The notes beneath the pieces were generated by a model, which saw nothing but the letters and a program-made list of their open reading frames with translations, was not told the origin of the DNA and ran no database searches. A program made the position numbers and the translations under genes. A stretch of DNA of 63,782 nucleotides, counting the filler, from Octopus bimaculoides (Eukaryota): the NCBI RefSeq assembly GCF_001194135.2. It is 7 parts of 6 records of this genome, joined end to end, with 100 filler letters (N's around TTAATTAATTAA, not from the genome) between each part and the next. Parts side by side here need not be neighbours in the genome. Positions count along the whole stretch, not along the records: positions 1 to 31,002 come from NC_068982.1; 6 more parts are not named here. The stretch is one strand, 5' to 3'. Below, piece after piece: positions 13,403 through 26,238 of the stretch (within the stretch, counting starts at the first letter, position 1; each line of letters starts with the position of its first letter).

Positions 13403-13577
13403 CGGCAGCGAGCTGGAAGAATCGTTAGCACACCGGGCTTAGCAGCATTTTATTCACCTTTACGTTTTGAGTTCAAATTCCACCGAGGTTAACTTCACCT
13501 TCCATCCTTTCGGAATCAATAAAATTATTACATTCCTCGCCCGGACTTGCTGGTCATATGCAAAAATTTGAAACAAA
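13403..13577 (+). mobile_element. SINE family B
   Basis: tRNA-like head GGCAGCGAGCTGG..AATCGTTAGCAC..GGG with B-box-like GAGTTCAAATTCC, then CCTTCCATCCTTTCGG..AATAAAAT and an AAAATTTGAAAC tail. Confidence 0.8.
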
Positions 13578-14200
13578 TATGAATATTGTTAGTTAGATTA
13601 AGATGATTTTTCACTTCAACTATATAAATGCGTTAATTATTACTTAAGAACTTATCTAAGTAAGAAGTTGACTGATTTGGAGCACAATATATTGATACCC
13701 CAGGAATTAATCTAAGGTTGACATTATCCTAAAAAATATTTATTGCATTATGTCTGATAATCAGAACTTTTATAAATGTATTACTGAATTCCCGGTAACA
13801 TCATGTAAAGATTTTTTTACGTTGATTAATTAGATTTAAAAATTAAGGACCTGCAGCGCATCCGTAGAAAATAGGTTACATGTATCCTATACATTTTATA
13901 TGGAATTGCTAGATGCATCATTTACTACTGTTGACTAAATATTCTTCGTTTTCAGGTTTTAAATTATTTCTTTCATTCTTAAATGAATATATATGAAATG
14001 TCAATCTAAATTTTAATTCGTACGAACAGATATTGTAGTGCGTATCATGTGCTGCCGTAACTGATCGTTTGTTTGCTACATTGCATTTAAAACAATGGTT
14101 GTGTAGATGGACTTTTGCCGGATCTGTAAGTTACATGAGCCATTAGAGACATTACAAGAAGTGTCATTATTAACTGTATCAATACAATTACTATTATTAC

Positions 14201-14403
14201 GGCGGCGAGCAAGGAGAATCGTAAGCACGCGCGGCAAAATGCTTAGTGGCATTCCGTTCGTCTTTACGTTCTCAATTCTAGGCTGACTTCACTTTTCTTC
14301 CTTTCGGGGTAGATAAAATAAGTAGCAGTGGAGTACTGAGGTCGATGTAATCAACTTACCCCCTTCCCAAAATTGCTGGCCTTGTGCCAAAATTTGAAAC
14401 CAT
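14201..14403 (+). mobile_element. SINE family B
   Basis: GGCGGCGAGC..AATCGTAAGCACG..AAATGCTTAGTGGCATT..CCTTTCGGGGTAGATAAAATAAGTA..TTGCTGGCCTTGTGCCAAAATTTGAAAC. Confidence 0.85.
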
Positions 14404-14581
14404 TATAACTATAATTAAAGGCAAAGACATGGCGTAGCACATTATGCAATAGATAGCTATACAATATTGACAGATGATTTAGTAACGGAATGGTTTCCCA
14501 AATAATTAAAAGTTCGTCCTCTATTACTGAATACTTTTTTATTATTGTTAATTACGGCACTTATTAAAATATAAATATTTT

Positions 14582-14768
14582 AAGTTTTGGCACAAAGCCA
14601 GCAAGTTTAGGAAGAAGGTTAGTCGATTATATCGACTCCAGTGTCCAGCTGGTACTATTTTCTTGGCCCCGAAAAGGATGAAAGGCAAATTCGACCTGGG
14701 TGGAATTTGAACTTGAAACGCAAAGAGGAACGAAATGCCACTAAGCATTAACAAGTTTAATGCCGCCA
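14582..14768 (-). mobile_element. SINE family B, inverted relative to the two upstream copies
   Basis: CCCCGAAAAGGATGAAAGGCAAATTCGACC..GGAATTTGAAC is the reverse complement of the family B body. Confidence 0.8.
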
Positions 14769-15224
14769 AATTCATTTCAATTTTTAATTTTTTACTTGGC
14801 TACAAGTGATTTGCGCTCATAATCTCCTTTCCCTAAATTTACTGTTTGTAGTGAATGTTATTTGAATTGACACTCTCCTAATTTTCAGGCCAAGGAATTT
14901 GCAAATTATTATATTGCATGCTATGCTGACTAGAATACTCATCTGACTGTCCTAAATCGCTATAAATGCCTTAGTGTTTTCGCGCGTGCGTCGTACGTAT
15001 GTATATTTGCGTGCGTGTGTGCTTGCCTCTGTCTGTGATTGTGTGTGTGTGTCTGTGCGTGCATGCGTGCGTGTGCCTGTATGCGTGTATTGGATATTGC
15101 ATCGTCGAAGAGATTTTCGCAACGTGGTGAGCTGTAGAGAAAGAATATATAATAAAACAAGGAAAATTCATTTTGTATATCTTTAATATAGTGTAAAGGA
15201 TATAGTGTAAAGGATAGTAGCCTG

Positions 15225-16560
15225 GTTTTGCACCTCGCTAATCATGACATTGAAACTGGGGAAAATATTGCAATTGCGTATTTTCTTAAGAAGTTCTTAG
15301 TTCATGCTGTTTGTATGAGAGTTTCTTTGTAAACGAATCATCAAGTAGCAAAAAAACAGCAAATGGGAGGTAATTGGTGATTGTTATTATTCGAGACAGG
15401 GGAGGCAATTGCATTTTATTTGTAGGGTGCACTTTTTGAGAGAGGTTTAAGTTTATATAATCTCACGAGTTAAAGTAGTGATATAAAATATTTACAATGT
15501 TGGTTATGCGTTCATGAATTAAATTTTTTACAAAAACCATATTCACGATAAATATGCGTTCATATTCAGGCAAGGTTTGTATTTTTCAATAAATATATTT
15601 TTCTTTATTTAATCGTTCTTGTATATAAATTTATTGCTGGTAGATGGAGGAAACCGTGAAGTATCCCTGCACATCTCCCTATGTACTGACTCAATGTTAC
15701 CTGTCAAAACCTTGGCCTTTGTTTCGTATTTAATCCTTATGCCGGGTAGTTCTTCGTCTACGTGACATCCTTTTCTGACCTATAGAGTTGCGTCCACAAC
15801 CTGAACTAGTTATCACATACATTAAATTTTCGGGTGCACATCTGAAATTGGTTTTCATTGTGAATCTCGTTCATTGTTTGAAATGGAGTTCGAAACCTTC
15901 TAGTAGGTGGGGTTAGGGTTAGGGTTCCACAATTTGGTCGTACGCATGTTTTTACTATTGGTTTCACTGTTGATGGGTATAGCTTCGCATATGTCAGTAG
16001 TGATTTCAGTGATTTGGGTTGATTTTTACACTTGATGAATTTGTGTGTTTGTAGGATGTCGTTCATCTTTGGATCCGTAATGAGCACCGGTAGATTTTGA
16101 ATAATGGTCTTGAATACTTCATTCTTTCTACATTTGTGAGCCGATGTAGAGGGTTTTAGTTTTAGATGCGGAGAGAGGATTCATTTTGTTTCCCTTGGTG
16201 TTTTAATGCATATTTCTTGGCACATTTACTTCTATCATCTATAAGTGAGTGTAGATATGTCTCTTGTCAAGTGTCGATCTGGGTTCTTGAAGTCGAAGTT
16301 ACCGAGTATTTACATCAGACATTATTGTGCAAATCTTTTCGCTAAATTAAAAGGAATATTTCGTTTGATGCGTTTTGGTTGGCATGAACTAAACAGAAGA
16401 TATGCCTCCAGTCCGTTGGTTCGTGATAAATATCGGTTTCAATTAGTTTGACATTTCTTATCCAAAAAATCTAGGAACACGAGTTGTTCTTTACTGTACT
16501 CCACTGTAAATTGAATATTTGGATTTATACTATTTAGTAGGGATTTGAATTCAATTCGTC
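15225..16560 (-). mobile_element. Penelope-like retroelement relic (RT C-terminus, linker, GIY-YIG endonuclease, 3' pLTR region); frameshifted
   Basis: - strand fragments: IETDIYHEPTD..LFSSCQPKRIKRNIPFNLAKR (RT thumb); KNQPKSLKSLL..KTCVRPNCGT (Cys linker); NLMYVITSSGCGRNSIGQ..RHK (GIY-YIG); FIEKYKPCLN terminus. Confidence 0.85.
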
Positions 16561-16634
16561 TATCAATCGTCTCATACCAAATGATAAAGAATAATGGGAT
16601 ATTTAATCCCAAATATCATTATATTCTTCCCGGT

Positions 16635-17040
16635 GCTTATCTACCAGTGCAATGAAAAAATTTCTATAAAAGAATGATTAAATAAAAGAAATATATTTAT
16701 TGAAAAATGCAAACCGCGCCTGAATATTAACACATAACAAATTTTGTTTTTTGGTAATATTTTAATTCATGAACGCATAACCAACCGTACATATTTTATC
16801 TCACTACTTTAAATCGTGAGTTTATATTAATTCGCTATCCCACAAAAGTGTACCCTACAATAAAGTGTATCCACAAAAAGCGTAATTACCACCCCTCTCT
16901 CGAATAACAGCAATCAGCAATTATCTCTCCTTTGAAGTTTTTGTACATGCTGACTCATTTACAAATAAACATTCATGCAAGCGGTATGGACTAAAAACTT
17001 CTTGAGAATTTCAATAGTCATGTTTAGCGAAATACAAAAC
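16635..17040 (+). mobile_element. Inverted second copy of the Penelope 3' end (pLTR-like)
   Basis: Matches the reverse complement of 15225-15640 in blocks: ATATATTTATTGAAAAAT, TTTAATTCATGAACGCATAACCAAC, TCACTACTTTAA, AAAAGTG.ACCCTACAA, TCTCGAATAA. Confidence 0.8.
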
Positions 17041-17160
17041 TGGTCGACTATCATTTTATTCTACCCTTTCAAATATGTGTGCCGTTTTCATTCTTATCTA
17101 TCTATCTATCTAGCTAGCTAGCTAGCTATCTATCTATCTATCTATCTATCTATCAATCCA

Positions 17161-17216
<56 letters not shown>

Positions 17217-17225
17217 TGTATATGT

Positions 17226-17591
17226 ATTGTTGGCACTCCGTCGCTTACGACGTCGAGGGTTCCAGTTGATCCGATCAACGGAACAGCCTGCTCGTGCAAT
17301 TAACGTGCAAGTGGCTGAGCACTGCACAGACACGGGTAACCTTAACGTAGTTCTCGGGGATATTCAGCGTGACACAGTGTAGCAAGGCTCGCCCTTTGAA
17401 TTACATGCACAACAGGAACAGGAAGTAATAGCGAGAGAAAGTTGTGGTGAAAGAGTACAGCATGGTTCGCCACCATCCCCAGCCGGAGTCACGTGGAGCT
17501 TTAGGTATTTTTGCTCAATAACACTCACATCGAAACCGCGATCCTATGACCGCGAGTCCACTGCCCTAACCACTTGGCCATTGCGCCTGCT
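17226..17591 (-). mobile_element. SINE family C, near full length
   Basis: Reverse complement of 52334-52717: tRNA-like head GGCGCAATGGCCAAGTGGTTAGGGCAG and tail TCGACGTCGTAAGCGACGGAGTGCCAACAA. Confidence 0.9.
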
Positions 17592-18263
17592 CGTANNNNN
17601 NNNNNNNNNNNNNNNNNNNNNNNNNNNNNNNNNNNNNNNNNNNNNNNNNNNNNNNNNNNNNNNNNNNNNNNNNNNNNNNNNNNNNNNNNNNNNNNNNNNN
17701 NNNNNNNNNNNNNNNNNNNNNNNNNNNNNNNNNNNNNNNNNNNNNNNNNNNNNNNNNNNNNNNNNNNNNNNNNNNNNNNNNNNNNNNNNNNNNNNNNNNN
17801 NNNNNNNNNNNNNNNNNNNNNNNNNNNNNNNNNNNNNNNNNNNNNNNNNNNNNNNNNNNNNNNNNNNNNNNNNNNNNNNNNNNNNNNNNNNNNTAAACGA
17901 TGCATGGCTTGTGTTGTGATTTTGTGTTGTAAGAAGTTTGCTTCCATGGTTCTCGGTTGTTATGCACTGCTAGTCACTATGGCCTTGCATCGTTTGAGCC
18001 ACTGAGCGATACCACCCAGATGACTAGGTGAGTAGGCCCTGATTAGAAAGCTACTCTGTCGCAAGATAACCCATTTACAACAAAATGAACTGAGTCAAAG
18101 TTAAATGAAGTGTTTTAATTAAGAACACAACTCGCCGCTCGTTCCGGAAATCAAAACGAAAGAATGTGAAGCGATTGCGATAGCAACTCCCTACCCAATC
18201 AGTCACGCACCTTCACGAATATGAGCGCGCAAGCACGTGTACCCACACACTCAGTGATATATA

Positions 18264-19718
18264 TCTACTACATACGTGGGAAATTCTGTCTGTGGGTGTG
18301 TTTGTTTGCGGAGTTGTTAGCTAACTCCTCCTACATCGTTATATCGATTTTGATGAAACGTGACACGTGAGTATACCTCATGTTTGGAAACCTCATGGCA
18401 TACTCAGATTGTTGAAAAGATCGATAATACGGCCCCTGGAAGGGATCCTGATATATATCTAATATATTTGATTTTAACAGCCAAGGGAAATAACCCATTT
18501 ATCTTCCTAAATTATTTGGTACAAATCAAATAGAGTATACTATTTCTTAATATTGAAACTGTTAGAGTTACTTTCACAATTTATCCAGTAGAACTCTTCA
18601 ACAACTAAATAGTATTTTTCTAAACAATAGATCCACTTCTTTCAGTTAGTGATTTATTCATGAATATGCCATGAATGACCATGACTTTCATGTCGCTTAA
18701 GCCAATTGACAAGCGCTGCATGAAGAACTTTTCTGCTTTTAGACAAATGCACTGTCAACACAAATGTCACACCTTGTTTACATGTAGGAACACGTTCTTA
18801 AAATCTATCTGTACATCTTGAAAATGGTCAGCGCGTATATTTCACAGAAAACAATGCTCGATACGTTGTTCTGAATCCATGAGAAACCCCTTTAATAGCT
18901 TTCTTCAATTTATGCCAATGTGATCTGCTTGCCTGAACATTGTTGCATGTAGAGTTCTCCGTGTACTATACCTGGACACACAATAGATGGAACAGACGGA
19001 AGCAAAGAACGCGCATTGAGGGCAGGGAGAAGATGTTGTCTTAAGAAGTGGAGCCATCGGGGGGATGTATACTGTGTACCCTAATCCGGAGGAGTGCCTC
19101 TTTCTGCATCTACTGCTACACACTGTCAGAATTCCTATATAATTCACAGACTTTCTAAGAGAGTATCGGAAGTCTGCACGACCTATAGAGTAGCCTGCGT
19201 CAAACATGGACTACTGGAGGACGATGCTCACTGGAACCAGACTCTGGATGATGCAGCAGTCAGCACAGCTACAGCAACTATTTTCTGTCATCTTGATGAC
19301 ATATGGCTTGCGTGAATCTCACAAGCTGTGGTCGATCCACAAAACCAGCATGGCAGAGGGCATCTAGAAAAGATTCAAAGGCAAACGTCGGAGGAAATTG
19401 CCACGTTGAATAACGCCAGTTACTATAAGGCATTACCTAACCTGGATAACCAAGATCATGCTATGGGAGGTGAGGTCAAGGCAATTCCACATTTAGTTAT
19501 TACATTACTCACTTCACAATTTGGGTATTCATAACTTTTAGAGAATTCCTATAAACAAGATCCTAAGTAAGACAGTTCGGTATTCTCTGTAAATGCACAA
19601 AAACCGTTTTAAGGGCTACATACTTTGTATTGTTGCTATTGGATCAGCTAAGCACTTATGAGAACGGAAGCAAGGGATAATCCCCGCTTTTCCGGGAATT
19701 ACCGGGTACGTCAGCTAG
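18264..19718 (+). mobile_element. Internally deleted Helitron with both termini and a decayed RepHel fragment
   Basis: 5' A|TC at 18263-18265; 3' short GC hairpin then CTAG|T (19715-19719). Internal translation HLENGQRVYF (18814-18843), YYTWT..RWNRRK, IG.MYTVYP..EECLFLHLLLHTV, ACVKHGLLEDDAHWNQTL.DAA..QL..LF.VIL matches the conserved RepHel segment between the Rep and PIF1 domains. Confidence 0.9.
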
Positions 19719-19744
19719 TGTATACATATGTGTGTGTCTATATT

Positions 19745-19900
19745 TGCGCATGCGTCTCTGTGTTTGTGTAGTTCTCCACAACTTGACAACTGATGTTGAT
19801 TGTTTTACGTCCCCATAGCCATAGGAGTTCAGAAAAGAGACCAACGGAATAATTATGGGAGTTCAAAAATAAGTAACGGTGTCGATTTTTGTGACACATC
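19745..19900 (+). mobile_element. SINE family A, 3' half, degenerate
   Basis: TTGACAACTGATGTTG..TTTTACGTCCCC..AAAAGAGACC..AATAAGT. Confidence 0.6.
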
Positions 19901-22900
19901 CAACAAAGCGGTATGTAACATGGTTCCAGCCCAGTGATTGAGAGAAGTAATATATAAACGATTTACAATATCCATATACAATTATATTCCTTTTCTTATA
20001 TCATGTCGAATTCTTATATGCACATGAATATATATAATAAGTCAGCAGATAATCAATAATAAGTGTTTCAAATTTTGGTACAGGGTCAATATTTAGGAGA
20101 AATTTAGATTACGTCGACCAGCAAAAAGTTGAATGGTAATGATAATCTCCGTGGTAAAGACTCAAAAGAAATGCTGTTAAAAATGTCCAACAACCTAACG
20201 ATTCGATGCATTTCGTAAATCATATTTCAAAACTAAAACTTCTAGATGCTTATATTAGAACTGGACTGCACAATTTACGCAACAATATATGTTGTGGCCA
20301 TGAAATTTACATTGACTTTGTAGGAATATATAGGAATATTAGTTTCTTAGTGCAAAATATTGTAGCTTATGGTCGTATAGTGACTGATGATATTTGCTAA
20401 AGTTACTTATTGTAAAGTTTTAGTATTTGAAGCAAATGCATTTGAATATGTAGTTCACTACAGAAAGGCATTCAAAAAATATAAGCCCCCTAGGTGTATT
20501 GTAAGAATTGCAGCCCCGGGAAAGCATCCTTCGCCCTCGTTGTCAAAAGTCAAAGGCTCACTTGCTTTTCAAACGAAGAAAACATGTGTTCAACCAACTA
20601 AGATCTCTAGACATTGTTTTGTTTCTTATGTTATAACTTTGTAGTCTAAACAGTCGTATTTCTCATTATTTCGACTATAAATCCTCTGTCAGTCCATGCA
20701 CAAAACATCAGTGGATATATGATTTGTACGCTTGTAATGTAACACTTCAAATTGTAACACTTCAAATAATTTCAATTTTGCAGATAAAATTCATTTTGAG
20801 ATTATATAGGAACAGAAGTTTGTCGACATTTTGATATTTTATAGTTGGGCACAGTAAATCTGCTTCCAAACTCCAAATATTTGCAGCAATATTCTGCCTA
20901 TGTATTTTGTTTCGCTTGGTGTCTAACGCCTTTGCATTCGTGCCAACGAGCATATAATTTATAAATGCGCTCTGAGCAAAGCTATAGTGAACACAGAATA
21001 CCACACCAGACTTTAAAATATATGGCTATCGGAAAATTCATTATACAATAAAGCAAAATTTAACAATGCAGATATAACAACAGCACGGGAACTGATATCT
21101 AAGATTTTTCACAGCAATGCATTGCCACTGCAGATATAGAGATATAGACAGGCTGCATCTCCTAAGAAAAGAAAATAGAAGAGGTTTTATATTAATCCTA
21201 ACAACTTTTGTTTTGTGCAGGGTATTCATTTTCTCCAATAATAAAAAAAAAAGCAAACAAATATATTGGCCCTTTTCACAAACCACTGCCGAATAATGAG
21301 GTTCATAACAAACATTTCAACAATAAACACGAAGATAATCTAATATTCTGGACAAAATAGATGTATTGAATATCTCCCTTTGTTCCTATATAAGACATAG
21401 TTATATATCCGTTTCAAATTCTACCAACGCTGGTTTGATGTATTGGATATTCGCAAAACTTATCTATTATAGTAAATGTTATTTTTTTTCTATTTGCAAA
21501 AATACCGATATAGCTAGAGTGTAGCAAATGGATCATTCCTTATTCTTGTAGAAATGCAAAGAACAAATAGAGAAAGGAAATCCTCTTAGAATATTCATGT
21601 TGTAGATCTGATAAGGATTTGCTTATGTGATACACTATCGCATAAGTTTAGGAGGCAGAGAACTAAATGTTGAAGTGTGCATTTTGATATTAAGTTTATT
21701 TGTAATATCTAAATTTAATCACTTAACAAGGCATCGAATGCGTTTCATTTCCCCGCACATGCCTCTCATCAGTGGAGCACATAGAAGAAATTCAATTTAT
21801 ATATCATTATTCAATTGATTTTTATATAAGACTGAAATTCATCACATTCCCACTAGTTATTTCCCTCTTAGTCATCAAATAAATGTTACATGTCAAGAAA
21901 GACATTGTTTTTTTTAATTTCTGATATCGAATGAAAATATTTTTATTATACGAAATTATAATAAAACAGTGAACTAAAAAAAAAAGACTAATGTATAATT
22001 AAAAATTACTAAAATCCTATAATTTAATCAACCTGACTCTAATTTCATATTGACCTTCAATCTTTTTAAGCTACTTGAAAGACATTTTGTTTCAATCATA
22101 TAAATTCTTTGAACAGTTAAATTTATAGGCGGAGAATAATATTAAGCAGTTTTAGAATATTAATTTGTCATTATTTCTCTTGTTTCACGGTAATTAAGTG
22201 GCGAGCAAATGAGAACAAACGCATTGAATTATCGAGTTGAAATGAAAACGCTCAGCTAAGCTTTCACTAAACCGAATAAAGTTCATTAAACTTTCTATCA
22301 TCAGATAAAACAGACGATAGAACATAACAGTAAAATGTAATACAGCTAATTTCAATCCGTCTTAATATTTTCTCTCCCTTAATAGGTAGGTTAATTTTGA
22401 ACTCTTTTCATCTTAGGTTTGTCTAATTGTTTGCCGTCACTCATAATTCTATAATTATTCTTTCCACAATTAAAACCAAAATGGTGCAATACTAGTGATA
22501 AATATGAAAATATAGCATAAAATAATCATTGTAAAATTTCGCTCAATAAATTTGCATTAAGTTAAAGCAATGAAGTCTAAAAAAGAAAGCAAAAGAAAAA
22601 AAAATGTTTCTAATTATGTTTTCATTTGCAAATTCATGTTCAGAAATTTATCAAATGAATTATTGATATTTGAATGTGTTTCAAGCCCATATCATTGTTC
22701 AATATTTCTTTAATTATAATCATGCAATTGCAAATGTATATTCATTTTAAACTTAACTATTGTGCTGAATCAATATTGTATCCAATCACCATGGCAGATT
22801 GGCTTAATAGTTTGTCGTGCCGTTTGATCTGTGAAGAATCTCTGAGGAATACGCTTCATTCACTTTTAGTTTTGCAAAACGCAGTGATGTATACCGTCTG

Positions 22901-25900
22901 AGGTAGGTGGCTGAAAATAAATGGCATTGAAGACTATCGAAATATGCTTGAAATGAAGTTTGCTAGCAAGCTCACTGATAAATATTTTTTAATGCTTCTT
23001 CTGCATTTTTACATCCGACAATTTATATGCTTAGTAAATATCATGTACTCTGTTCAATCGAAGTAAAGCTTAAATACTGACAGATTTGATGATGTATTCA
23101 TTGATTATTTGGTTTTAACTAGCTGACACAGGTGAAGACATATAGGAATATATTTTGTCGGAACTCCAATTGTTTGTGGCAGAGATCACCAAATATGCAT
23201 ACAAAAGTAAAATATTAAGTACAGAAGGAACGAATAAAATTAAACAAATTTATTATAAGAGCAATATTGGAAGGAAAAAGAAGTGAGGAGCCTTTTCTGG
23301 AGAAATAATATTAATGTGAATGATCAAATCCACAAGAACGATATGTACCAATTAAGAAGACAACTCTGAATCCAAAACTATTGCTTCCACATTAGTCTTG
23401 GGATCTGCATATTGTAAACTTGAATTAATCAATAATATCAGTAGACTGACAAGATTGTTATTGAGGGTATATGTCAGAAAACCTTTGCTAAAGGCATATA
23501 TGTGTATTTTGAGATGTTCGCCACTGCAGCAGAAACACGTGTCGGTCATTTAACCAACTATTATACTGTAGTACCAAGTGTTAAATCAAAAGAAATATTT
23601 AAATATGTATTCATTGTAATTGTTTGGAAATTACACTCGTGATAATATTCATAATCCAGGGAAGCATACATACATACATACATGCATACATACTGCACAC
23701 AGATATACATACAAAAATACCCTGTTGATGTTTTCGAAATTCCAATGAAGGAGCCCTAGATCTAGGTTAGAGACGAGCTCTTTCTCTATTGGCAAGAAAT
23801 CTTGAAATATAACTGAATAATGACATGCATACATGCATACATACATGCATGTATACATACATACATAAATGTACACGATACGTATATACGCATATATTAT
23901 TGTTACAAGGTTGCGCATCCGTCTGTGAACATTAACATCTCGGAGCATTTGCGCACACTGGTTCCTAAATTTGTGCACAACTTAGATTATAATGACACAC
24001 ATAGGGATATCGAATATCTTTTATTGGTCAGTGTTTATTTAGATAGTACATGTTAGTGTCAGCATGCACGTGTTAAGTGAAAGATGCATACATCAGTAAT
24101 ATTTCGGAGAAGTTTAATACTTCGTCACGGGCAGACGCTTGAGGCTTAGATATATCAGCAGGCCATATATGAAATAAAGAAATTATGCAAGATTTTGAAG
24201 GACGTGAATGTGACTGACACTCAAAATTACAAGCTGGAAAAAAATTTGTCTGCACATATTTCAGAGTGATGACCATTTTCCACTAGCCAAGCCAATGTCA
24301 AAATGTGTGTAAAGTCCAAAATCATCAGTCGGTCGTTTATGATATTGTGAATATCTCTCCGCTTTCCTCGGAATCGATACTACCGAGCTAATATCTACTC
24401 TATTACATTGATTCAACCACCACGTTTTAGTGCACTTTAGTAGTTAACAAATATGTGGACATTCGACAGGCCGTTTTTTTTATTTGAGAGATAGAATTTA
24501 TCCGTTGCAACGAGTATTTGCACCACCTAACATCGTTACATTCTTAGCGCTGTCAATTCCCTAGGAAATTGCTTATGTAAGAACTCCTCTCCAAAGAAAA
24601 CGTCATGTGGCTAAGCAATCAAAACGATGGGCAAATTTTTCCTGATAATAGAAGTGATATTTTTAAGGAAATTTACAAAATAAACTTGATACAGGCCATT
24701 CCTTAAATGTGAATATGTAGGAGGAACCACTTTTAAATCTATAATTGCTATGGTATAGCATCATGCTTACCACAGCGCACGCATATCATAATAAAGATAT
24801 GAAATATTTATCTATGAATAACTTTATTACAGATATGGAAACTATAAGGTTGCAAAAATTGTTAAAAAATAAGATTTGATCTGCTTTGAAAACAACATTT
24901 GTTTCCTACGAATTGCCCTCTGAGAACATAGTCTTCAAAAGCATAAAATCTGACAGCACTCCTACAAGGACCGGCAGAGTTTATGATAAACACGTTTGTG
25001 TTTACTGAAATATATGGCCACTTCGTTTGCCACAAAATTTTATTCGACCAACAAATACCTTATCTAAACATATCATCGCGACGAAGTTACGCTACTTTTA
25101 ATATATGTTCAATAATTTCCATTGACTAATATAACACAGTGATTACTGAAACGTATAGCACGATATGGAGAACTATTGAAAGTTTAGAAATTTTGTGAAG
25201 TGAAGAGGAACACTAACAAGAATAATTGGTTCTGTCATACATCAGATATTAGTCGCATGCATATCTATCATTATCGACTTATGGAAACACTTAATATCCA
25301 ATTTAAGATCTTTAATAACATTTCTCCATTATCATCATGAGGAACAACTTAAACTTTTAACATGTTTACATCGTATAATATTTCCGACGCGATGTGTGAC
25401 AAATACTTCAATTGTATCACAACAGAATAGTCATTTCTGAGTTATTTGAGATATATGCGATCGCATTAACCAATTATAAGGGTTACATTTTTTGAAAACC
25501 ATTTAGTGTTTTTCTTAACCTATATAGGATTTAAAATAAAACAAAATTGGATGTGTATGCAGAATTAGTGCACTAATTGTTGATAAGAGTGTAACATTAT
25601 TTTTATGTATCCAGCAGATAAAATATTCAGAAGCGAAATCGAGAACTGGTTGGTTTGTATGATTTGAAAATTCAGGTTCTTTTTATTTCACGCCATGATA
25701 CCTTCTCAACAGAGTTGCTTGCGTTTTTCATCTAACTACACAGGTCATATATTCATATTAAATATACGTAGCACAAACTTTGTCCTTGTCACGTGTGACA
25801 AAAGCGAGTGACGATGTGACTATAGCTCTTGTTACACGTAAGTTTCATTTTGTTAAACCTGTTCAGTTATGGCTGTATGCGCATCTCGTAATAGCGTAGA

Positions 25901-26147
25901 AAGACATTTATACACACAAACAACATATAAGCCTAATAAGCTTATATAAATGACATATACATGCATACATGTGGGTGTATGTGCGCGCGCACACACACAC
26001 GCATAAAGAGAAATATATATATATTTTGTTAGTGAACAGGTCGCGGTCTCAAAGCGACGAAAATATTTTGACAAATTAAATTTAAATGTTCAAGTGAATC
26101 TAACGGATTTTGTGTGTTATTTATATAAACGCTGCAATTGTTTATAT

Positions 26148-26238
<91 letters not shown>

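Noticed and set aside
21715-21775. - strand CTGATGA-GAGGCAT...ATGCCTT hairpin
   Set aside because: The only GAAAC lies inside the hairpin, none follows it, and there is no stem I.
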